Both the position numbers and the translations under genes were made by a program. A stretch of 64,000 nt of DNA. Origin: an uncultured Pseudomonadota bacterium. Lineage in GTDB: Bacteria; Pseudomonadota; Alphaproteobacteria; Rhizobiales; Beijerinckiaceae. Positions within the stretch are counted from its first letter, which is position 1; every line of letters begins with the position of its first letter. The DNA is taken from assembly GCA_963710855.1 (NCBI GenBank), contig CAVQBX010000057.1:11169-75168 (forward strand), given 5' to 3'. The notes under the pieces were generated by a model, which worked only from the letters and a program-made list of their open reading frames with translations, did no database searches and was not told where the DNA came from. Positions 51,798 through 60,098 of this stretch are shown piece after piece.

Positions 51798-53366
51798 GTG
51801 ACGTCCATCGCCCGCCGCCAGACCCTTTACGACCTCGTGCGGCGCAGCGCGGCGCGCACGCCGGAGAAGATCGCGATCGTCTGCGGCGAGACGAGCTGGA
51901 CTTACGCGGAGTTTCACGACGTCGTCTTGCGGCTCGCGGCGGGGCTCGCGACGCGAGGGCGTCGGCAAGGGCGACCGGGTCGCCATACTCGCGCGCAATT
52001 CGCACGCCTTCGCCGCGATGCGTTTCGCGATCGCGCGGCTCGGCGCGGTGCTGGTTCCGATCAATTTCATGCTGAAGGCGGAGGAGGCGGCGTTCATCCT
52101 CCGACACGCCGGCGCCCGGCTGCTGGCGACCGATTCGCGGGCTCGCCGAGACGGCGCGCGCCGCGCGCGGCGCTCGACGCCGCGGTCGAGCGGCTGATCT
52201 GGCTGCCGTCGGAGGACAAAAGCGAGCGCCAGGCCGGCATGCTCGGCTTCGACGCTGCTCGAGACGGGCGCAGGAGGCGCCGGAGGTCGGACCTCGCGGA
52301 AAACGAGCTCGCGCAGATCGTCTACACCAGCGGCACGGAATCGCTGCCGAAGGGCGCGATGCTGACGCACGACGCGGTGATCTCGCAATATGTCTGCTGC
52401 ATCGTCGACGCCGGCATCGCCGCCGACGATCTGATGCTGCACGCGCTGCCGCTCTATCATTGCGCGCAGCTCGACGTGTTCCTCGGCCCGGCGATCTATG
52501 TCGGCGCGACCAATGTCATCACGGCGGCGCCGACGCCCGACAATCTGCTGCCGCTGATAGCGCGTTATCGGCATCAACTCGTTCTTCGCGCCGCCGACGG
52601 TGTGGATCTCGCTGCTGCGCTCGCCGCTGTTCGAGACGACCGACCTTTCGACGCTGAAGAAGGGCTACTACGGCGCCTCGATCATGCCGGTCGAGGTTTT
52701 GCGCGAGATGGCGCGCCGGCTGCCGAACGTGCGGCTCTGGAACCTCTACGGCCAGACCGAGATCGCGCCGCTGGCGACGCATGCTTGGGCCCGAGGATCA
52801 GCTGCGAAAGCCGGGCTCGTGCGGGCGCCCCGTGCTCAATGTCGAGACGCGCGTCGTCGATCTCGACATGAACGACGTGAAGCCCGGCGAGATCGGCGAG
52901 ATCGTGCATCGCTCGCCGCATCTGATGACCGGCTATTTTCACGACGAGGAGCGCACCGCGGCGGCCTTCGAGGGCGGCTGGTTCCACTCCGGCGATCTCG
53001 CCATGATCGACGAGGAGGGCTACATCACCGTCGTCGACCGCAAGAAGGACATGATCAAGACCGGCGGCGAGAATGTCGCCAGCCGCGAGGTCGAGGAGGC
53101 GCTCTATCACCTGCCCGCGGTCTCCGAGGTCGCCGTCATCGGCGTGCCGCATCCGCGCTGGGTCGAGGCGGTCGTCGCTGTCGTCGTGCTGAAGGCGGGC
53201 GAGGCGGCGAGCGAAGCTGACATTCTCGAACATGCGCGCGAAAAACTGGCCGCATTTCAAGACGCCGAAGCGCGTGGTGTTCGCGTCGTCCTTGCCGAAG
53301 AACCCGAGCGGGAAACTGTTGAAGCGCCAGTTGCGGGATGCCTACGGGGAGCTGTTCAGGGAATAA
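51798..53366 (+). CDS. Acyl-CoA synthetase (AMP-binding; frameshifted)
   Basis: YTSGTESLPKG, LPLYHCAQ, YGQTE, GWFHSGD, DRKKDMIKTGGENV, LPKNPSGKLLK. Confidence 0.93.
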
Positions 53367-53445
53367 GCGGTCCCTTTCCGATCCCCTCCCCCGCTCCGCG
53401 CTATAGTATGCAGACATTTCATTTGAGGCGAAGTATGGGGTTTAC

Positions 53446-53619
53446 CCCCTTCTCCCCTTGCGGGAGAAGGTCCCCGAAGGGGGGATGAGGGGTCGCCTCC
53501 GGCTTCTGCAGGCTTCCAGGATTGCAATTGCGGCGCGTCCAACCCTCAAACATACTGTTCTCGCGGCGCGGACCCCTCATCCGGCCTTCGGCCACCTTCT
53601 CCCGCAAGGGGAGAAGGGG
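53446..53619. repeat. REP-like doublet CCCCTTCTCCCCTTGCGGGAGAAGG...CCTTCTCCCGCAAGGGGAGAAGGGG
   Basis: Long terminal inverted repeat with internal palindromes; related copies at 58.8 and 59.9 kb. Confidence 0.85.
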
Positions 53620-53624
53620 AAATC

Positions 53625-55173
53625 TGTCCAGCCCGGCATGATGGGTAACAAACTGGACCGGGATGATGGGTGACAGTTTTCTGTCGGCTGGGAGGACCGG
53701 CCGATGCCTTTCAAGGAAAGCTGCGCCATGGACGAGCGGATGCGTTTCATCGGGTATGTTTTGTCCGGAGAGGCTTCGATGACGGAGCTCTGCGAGGCGT
53801 TCTCGATCAGCCGCAAGACTGGCTACAAGTGGGTTGCGCGCTACGAGGAATTCGGTCCGGCGGGGCTCGAGGAGCGCTCGCATGCGCCCAAGCGTCCCGC
53901 GCATGTCACGCCGCCGGCGCTCGTCGAGGAGATCGTCGGCCTTCGTCTGCTTCATCCGACCTGGGGGCCGCGCAAGATCATCGGCAGGCTCGCCGATATT
54001 CGCCCCGACGTCCCGTGGCCGTCGCCCTCGACGGCGGGCGAGATTCTGAAGCGGCTCGGGCATGTGGAACCGCGGCGGCTTCGTCGTCGCGCGCCGCCGC
54101 GGCTCGGCGAGCTGACGCAGGCGGCGCGGCCCCATCATCTGTGGGCGGTCGATCACAAGGGATGGATTCGGCTCGGCGACGGTTCGCGCCTGGAGCCGCT
54201 GACCATCACCGACCGCTTCAGCCGCTATCTGATCAGCCTCAGCGCCGATGCGAGCACGCGCGAAGAGGAAGCCAGGCCCCGGTTCGTGAAGGCTTTTCGA
54301 GAGCATGGGCTGCCCGATGTGATCCGCTCGGACAATGGGCCGCCGTTCGCCTCGACGGGCGTGACGGGCCTGACCGCGCTTTCGGTATGGTGGACCAAGC
54401 TGGGCATAGATCACGAGCGCATCGACCCAGGACAGCCGCAACAGAACGGCGGTCAGGAGCGCCTTCATCTCACCTTGCTCGAGGCGATGCGGCCGCCCTC
54501 GGCCAACCGCGAGCAACAGACGAAGCGCTTCGAGAATTTTCAGCGCGAATACAACGAGGAGCGCCCGCACGAAGCGCTCGGACAGAAGCCGCCGGCGCGG
54601 TTTTACACAGCCTCGCCACGCGCCTTTCCCGACGCGCTTCCCGAGCCCGATTATCCCAACGACGCGATGAAACGCCAGGTGCGCCAGAACGGCGAAATCC
54701 GCTGGCGCGGCGAGTTCATCGCCATTTCGACCGCACTCGCCGGCGAGACCGTGTGCATCGAGGAAAACACGCAAGGCGAATGGCGCGTCCGCTTCTACGC
54801 GCGTCCGCTCGGCGTCATCGACGCCAAAACCCATCGGCTGCGCCGCCTGCGGCCTGACGAAGCCGAAAACGCGGCGCCGGACGCCCCGATCGCCTAATGT
54901 CGCACAAGCTCCGCCTCGCAAATACGCCGAAGGCCGCAACCCACGCGAAGCCGCGATCTCGGCGTCCGATGATCGTCGATGGGCCGAGCCTCGTAAAGGC
55001 TGGCCTTCGGCCCCCGCCTCCGGCGGCTTCGGCCTTGACGAAGCTCCGCCCTTCGACAAATGCGCCGCCAAGACATCGACGGCTCAAACCGGCTTCCCTC
55101 ACCCCGCCCGAAACCCCCAAATTCTGTTACCCATCATCCCGGTCCAAAGTGTTACCAATCATCCCGCTGGACA
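53625..55173 (+). mobile_element. IS481-family insertion sequence
   Basis: 5'-TGT...ACA-3' ends, ~50-bp imperfect TIRs with a repeated GGATGATGGGTRACA motif, AATC duplication at 53621-24 and 55174-77. Confidence 0.92.
53704..54897 (+). CDS. IS481-family DDE transposase
   Basis: ISRKTGYKW HTH, WGPRKI, WAVDHKG, IRSDNGPPF, PQQNGGQER, YNEERPHEAL; SD GGAGG; intact ORF. Confidence 0.95.
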   Translation: MPFKESCAMDERMRFIGYVLSGEASMTELCEAFSISRKTGYKWVARYEEFGPAGLEERSHAPKRPAHVTPPALVEEIVGLRLLHPTWGPRKIIGRLADIRPDVPWPSPSTAGEILKRLGHVEPRRLRRRAPPRLGELTQAARPHHLWAVDHKGWIRLGDGSRLEPLTITDRFSRYLISLSADASTREEEARPRFVKAFREHGLPDVIRSDNGPPFASTGVTGLTALSVWWTKLGIDHERIDPGQPQQNGGQERLHLTLLEAMRPPSANREQQTKRFENFQREYNEERPHEALGQKPPARFYTASPRAFPDALPEPDYPNDAMKRQVRQNGEIRWRGEFIAISTALAGETVCIEENTQGEWRVRFYARPLGVIDAKTHRLRRLRPDEAENAAPDAPIA

Positions 55174-55329
55174 AATCCCCCGCGGTGCTGGGCCAAACAA
55201 AGATGTCTGCATACCGTAGCCGCTCCGCGGGGGAGGGTAGGGTGGGGGCGGGAACATCCTGAAAACGCGGTGGTTTCCCCCCACCCCGGCCCTCTCCCGC
55301 AAGCGGGGGAGGGAGTTGGAAAGCGCTCT

Positions 55330-56971
55330 CTACCCCGTCACTGCGAGCCTTCCGCCAAATTTATCGCGCAGCTCCGTCTTGAGCAGCTTGCCCGTCGCGG
55401 TGTGCGGCAGGCTTTCGACGAACACGACGTCTTCCGGCATCCACCATTTCGCGATGCGCGTGGACAGAAACTCCAGGATCGACTCCTTGGTCGGCGAACG
55501 GCCGGGGCGCGCATGAATCGAACAGCAGCGGCCGCTCCTGCCAGACGGGGTGCGGCACCGCGATCACGGCGGCTTCGAACACGTCGGGATGCGACACGGC
55601 GATGTTCTCGATGTCGATCGAAGAGATCCATTCGCCGCCCGACTTGATGACGTCCTTCAGTCGGTCGGTCAGGCGCACATAGCCGTCGGGGTCGATGGTC
55701 GCCACGTCGCCCGTGCCGAACCAGCCCTCGTCGTCCATCACCTTGCCGCCCGCGCCCTTGAAATAGCCTGAGATCACCCAGTTGCCGCGCACCTTTAGCT
55801 CGCCAACGGATGCGCCGTCGTGCGGCAGCCGCTCGCCGGCCTTGCCGAACAAGCCGACCTCGATGCCGAACACCTGACGGCCCTGCTTGATCTGCATGTC
55901 CACCAATTCCGCCAGCGGGACGCCATCGTGCCTGGCGAGCGGCGCGCCGGTCGTCGCCAGCGGGCTCGTCTCCGTCATGCCCCAGGCGTGCAGCATGTAG
56001 ACGCCGAACAGCTCATGGAATTTTTCGATTGTTGCGCGCGGCGCCGCGGCCCCGCCGCTGACCACGGTCTTGAGCTTGAGCCGGGCGATGTCCGCCTTGC
56101 TCTTGTTGGCCTCCACCCAGGCCAGAAAATTGAGCCAGATGGTCGGGATGCCGAACGCCTTGGTGACGCCCTCGCTCTCCATCAGATTGTAGAGGCTTTC
56201 CGGGTCCAGTTTCGGGCCGGGCAGGATCATCTTGGCGCCGCTCATCGCGCCGGAGAACGGCAGGCTCCAGGCGTTGGCGTGGAACAGCGGCACCACCATC
56301 AGGATGGTGTCGCGCGCGGTGAGCGCCAGAGCGTCGGCGGCGCAGGCGGCCAATCCATGCAGCACGGTCGAGCGATGGCTGTAGAGCACGCCCTTCGGAT
56401 TGCCGGTCGTGCCGGACGTGTAGCAGAGCGTGCAGGCGGTGTTTTCGTCGAAGCTCGGCCAGACAAAATTTTCGGGCGCGGCGGCGAGCATGTCCTCGTA
56501 GCAAAGCAGGTTGGCGACATCGACCTTCGGCAGGCCGGCTCTGTCGCAAAGCGCGATCCAGCCCTTCACCAGCGGCAGATGCGGCGCCAGCGAACTGACC
56601 AGCGGCGCGAAGACGGGATCGAAACAGACATAGGCGTCCTCGGCGTGGTGCATGATGTATTGCAACTGCTCGGCAAACAGCCGCGGGTTGACGGTGTGCA
56701 GCACCAGGCCCGACGAGGTGACGCCGTAGTAGATTTCGAGGTGCCTGAAGCCGTTCCAGGCGAGCGTCGCGACGCGATCCCCCTGCCGCAACCCGAGCCC
56801 TTGCAGCGCATGGGCGAGCTTTTTGGCGCGCTTGGCGATCTCTCCGTAGGTCGTGCGATGGACGACTCCGTCGGGATCGCGCGAGACGATTTCGCGCGTC
56901 GGGTGGAGTTGCTCCACATAATCGACGATGCCGGAAATGAGCAGCGGACGGTTTTGCATCAGCCCGAGCAT
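55330..56971 (-). CDS. Fatty acid-CoA ligase (DmdB/AlkK-like)
   Basis: [50 protein letters not shown]; one indel near 55520. Confidence 0.93.
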
Positions 56972-57060
56972 TCAGACCTCCTGAGCAGGCGCTCTCGCGG
57001 CGCCCTGGGTTTTGCAAAATCTGCCTGTGAACTTGGAATGTAGCAAGGGGCGGTCGAATT

Positions 57061-57165
57061 GTCTTTGCGAGCGAAGCGAAGCAATCCATCCTTCCGTGAT
57101 TTGTGTTTGGTCATGGACAGCGTGCGTCGCTTCAGCGTGGATTGCTTCGCTGCGCTCGCAATGAC
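57061..57165. repeat. REP-like doublet GTCWTTGCGAGCG...AAGCAATCCA / TGGATTGCTT...CTCGCAATGAC
   Basis: ~28-bp terminal inverted repeat; a common Rhizobiales intergenic repeat type. Confidence 0.85.
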
Positions 57166-57213
57166 GGGGTACTTTGCGCGCAAAAGACTCTAAAGCGGCG
57201 TCGGAGGCGGGGC

Positions 57214-57847
57214 ATGGCGGAACTCAGTGACGTTTTCGAAGGCATCATGGCGCTCAACCGCTGGAACGGCGTCGAAAGCCGCAGCGGCCCCGGCTCCACG
57301 CTCGCCTACACGCAAAACCTGCGCCCGGAACTCGCCCGGTTCGTGCGCGAGAGCGGCGTCAACAGCCTGTTCGACGCGCCGTGCGGCGATTTTCACTGGA
57401 TGGCTGAGGTCGAGTTTCCCTTAAATTTTGACTATTTCGGCGGCGACGTCGCGCCCTCACTGATCGACGATCTACGCGTTAAACAGGCGCGGCCCGGCCG
57501 CCGCTTCGCTGTGTTCGACATCGTGCATGACCCCTTTCCGCCGGCCGACCTCTGGCTCTGCCGCGACTGCCTGTTCCACCTCAGCCGAGGCGAATGTCCT
57601 AAAAGCCTTGCGGAACTTCTGCCGCTCGGGCATCGGCTTTGCGATGCTCACCACCCATCTCAACACCACAGGTTTTTTCAATAGCGACATTCCGGACGGG
57701 GAATTCCGCCTGCTCGACCTTCACCTGCCGCCCTACAATTTTCCGCGCGAAGTCGCTTTTCGCATCGCAGACTACATTTTCCCGTTTCCCCAGCGCGAGC
57801 TCTGCGTCTGGAGCCGCGAACAGATCGCCGCGGCGATCGGCGCCTGA
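57214..57847 (+). CDS. Class I SAM-dependent methyltransferase-like protein (one indel)
   Basis: ESRSGPGS, FDAPCGDFHWM, YFGGDV, ADLWLCRDCLFHLS, PPYNFP; SD GGAGG. Confidence 0.85.
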
Positions 57848-57850
57848 TCC

Positions 57851-58801
57851 TTGCGAACCGCCTTCGTCTTCACCCCCGACCGCTCGTTTTTCGAGCCCGC
57901 CGTGCGCGGCATCGCCTCGCTGATCGCGAGCGAGCCGGAGGCGCCGTTCGAAATTTTTCTGGTCTGCGAGCCGCGGGACGTCGCGCCCGGCTTCGACCGG
58001 CTGCGAGCCGTCGCTTGCGCGAAAGAATTCGCCTCATCACGGTCGATTTCTCGAAATTCGACAGCGGCCCTGAGGCCGCGTGGAAGACTTTCGCGCGCCG
58101 TGTTCCGCCGGTTGTTTCTCGACCGGTGCTGCCTGGGGAATACGAGCGGTATCATCACCGTCGATTCCGACATGCTGATCGTCCGGCCGGGGCTGTCTCG
58201 CCTCATCGACATCGATCTCGGCGGCCGCCCGATCGCCGCCGCCTTCGACATGATTTTTCTGATGGATTTTCGCGGCGACTGGCTGGCGCGCCGCTTCCAG
58301 GCCGCGCGGCGCTCGCTCGGGCTCGCGCTCGACACGCCCTATTTCAATGCGGGCCTGATGACGATCGACCGCGCGCTCTGGCGCAAGCTGAAAATCACTG
58401 AATCCGTGATCGACAGGCTGACGCGCGAACCCGAGCTTTACCCCTTCCTCGAACAGGACGCGCTCAACGCGACGCTCGCAGGAAACTTCGCGCCGCTGTC
58501 GCCGCGCTACAATTTCATGGGCGATTTTCTGCTGCTCGATCTCGAGCGCGAGATCGCGCCGAGCGTGCTGCATTTCGTCAACGCGCCCAAGCCCTGGGAG
58601 CTCGCCGGCTGGAAGGGCGAGGCGCGCTTCGCGCTCGCCTACCGCGACTGGTTTCAGACCTCGCCCTGGCCCGACCTCGCCGAGACGCCGGCGTCGCCCC
58701 CCTGGCGCAAAGGCAAGCCGCGCCTCACGCCGGCGCGCAAAAAATTTCGCGAAAAGCTGAAGGCGTTTTTGGACAGGCAGAGCTTTATCGACTTGAACTG
58801 A
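57851..58801 (+). CDS. Glycosyltransferase family 8 protein
   Basis: DSD (DxD), YFNAGLM, EQDALN, RYNF, HF...KPW. Confidence 0.9.
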   Translation: MRTAFVFTPDRSFFEPAVRGIASLIASEPEAPFEIFLVCEPRDVAPGFDRLRAVACAKEFASSRSISRNSTAALRPRGRLSRAVFRRLFLDRCCLGNTSGIITVDSDMLIVRPGLSRLIDIDLGGRPIAAAFDMIFLMDFRGDWLARRFQAARRSLGLALDTPYFNAGLMTIDRALWRKLKITESVIDRLTREPELYPFLEQDALNATLAGNFAPLSPRYNFMGDFLLLDLEREIAPSVLHFVNAPKPWELAGWKGEARFALAYRDWFQTSPWPDLAETPASPPWRKGKPRLTPARKKFREKLKAFLDRQSFIDLN

Positions 58802-58818
58802 AGCCTACAAATTTCGTC

Positions 58819-58860
58819 CTTCTCTCGTCGGGGAGAAGGTGGCGAAGGCCGGATGAGGGC
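58819..58860. repeat. Single REP-like arm
   Basis: ccttctctcgtcggggagaaggtggcgaaggccggatgaggg; same family as 53446. Confidence 0.7.
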
Positions 58861-58964
58861 GCGCCGCCTCGAGGGAGAAAACGGGACCCTTTGCGCCCAA
58901 TCGACATCCCGTCGTCTTATGCTAACGAGCTTAAGTTTCCTCGGTCCACTCTGGGAGGGCGAAT

Positions 58965-59741
58965 ATGGGGATCGATCTTTTCCGGGTGTTGACGCTTGTT
59001 TTGGTCTTTGTTTGCGGGCCAGCTCTGGCGGATCCGTCGCGGCTCGAAGACATATTGCACAAGCGAGTGCTTCGGGTCGGCATGACCGGCGACTATCCAC
59101 CGTTCGGCAGCCTTGACCGGGTCAGCGGAACCTATGCGGGTTTGGATGTCGATATGGCCCGATCGCTGAGCGCGGCTCTGGGCGTCGACCTGGAGATCGT
59201 GCCGACGAGTTGGCAAAGCCTCGCCAGGGATTTCGACGCCGGCGCCTTCGACATTGCCATGGGCGGGGTTTCCATATCGTTGGAGCGGGCAAAGAAGGGT
59301 CTTTTTTCGACGCCGTACCTGCGCGACGGCAAGGCCGCGATTTCGCGTTGTTCGGAAGTGACGAGATTTCCGACCCTTGCGGATATCGATCGCCCTCGCA
59401 TCAAGGTCATCGTCAACCCGGGCGGGACGAACGAGAAGTTCGATCGGGCCAATCTGAAAGAGGCCACGATCGTCACGCACGACGACAACACGACCATCTT
59501 CGACAGCCTGGCCGCGGGCGACGCCGACCTGATGATTACCGACGCTTCCGAGGCCCGGTATCAGCAGAAGCTCCATCCTGGGGTTTTGTGCGCGATCCAT
59601 CCGGAAGCTCCCTTCAGCTTCGCCGAGAAAGCCTACTGGATGCCCTTCGACTTGCCTCTGAAGGAATTCGTCGATCAGTGGTTGCACATGCAAATCGAGA
59701 ACGGCGCGCTCGCTACGTTTTCGGCAAAGTGGTTCGAGTAG
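58965..59741 (+). CDS. Periplasmic solute-binding family 3 / cyclohexadienyl dehydratase PheC-like protein
   Basis: Signal peptide, LRVGMTGDYPPF, DIAMGGVS, VNPGGTNEKF, MITDASE. Confidence 0.88.
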   Translation: MGIDLFRVLTLVLVFVCGPALADPSRLEDILHKRVLRVGMTGDYPPFGSLDRVSGTYAGLDVDMARSLSAALGVDLEIVPTSWQSLARDFDAGAFDIAMGGVSISLERAKKGLFSTPYLRDGKAAISRCSEVTRFPTLADIDRPRIKVIVNPGGTNEKFDRANLKEATIVTHDDNTTIFDSLAAGDADLMITDASEARYQQKLHPGVLCAIHPEAPFSFAEKAYWMPFDLPLKEFVDQWLHMQIENGALATFSAKWFE

Positions 59742-59799
59742 GGGCAATACAGCTCTTTCACACGGCAGCCGATGTTCGCCTGCTCCGTTCGGCAGACGT

Positions 59800-59914
59800 G
59801 CCGGGGATGAGGGTTTTCACGCTGCAAAGAATTGCACTGTGTGACGCGGCTCCCATTCCCGTAGATGAAAACCCTCATCCCCCCTGCGGGGACCTTCTCC
59901 CGAACGGGAGAAGG
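59800..59914. repeat. REP-like doublet (left arm truncated)
   Basis: ggggatgagggttttca...tgaaaaccctcatcccc and ccttctcccgaacgggagaagg. Confidence 0.75.
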
Positions 59915-60059
59915 CGCTCACCGTCTTGCCTCCCGCTCTGGCCGCTTCCTTAACGTTGAACCCCCCTCTTAAATCGGGTCGTCCACGCGGACACGCTTAC
60001 ACAGGACGACATGCCGGAGGCCAAGCTGCATCTCGTTGCGGGGTGAGAGTTGCAAGGAG

Positions 60060-60079
60060 CGGCGGCCTTCAGGCCGCCG
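60060..60079 (-). terminator. Hairpin after the Gly-rich gene
   Basis: CGGCGGCC-TTCA-GGCCGCCG about 20 nt past the stop; weak U tract. Confidence 0.45.
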
Positions 60080-60098
60080 ACCCTCCGCAGGCAAGCGA

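Larger units (their letters stand above)
53401..55219. mobile_element. MITE-like element (about 0.27 kb without the IS) with 17-bp TIRs and a 10-bp target duplication
   Basis: CTATAGTATGCAGACAT / ATGTCTGCATACCGTAG (15/17 match); direct repeat CCGCTCCGCG at 53391-53400 and 55220-55229. Confidence 0.8.
53383..55313. repeat. Rhizobiales-type CCCTCCCC...GGGGAGGG REP-like doublet, split by an insertion
   Basis: Removing 53401-55229 rebuilds cccctcccccgctccgcgggggagggtagggtggggg...cccccaccccggccctctcccgcaagcgggggaggg. Confidence 0.75.

Noticed and set aside
53419-55071. 550-aa minus-strand ORF
   Set aside because: Antisense shadow of the IS481 transposase and REP sequence.
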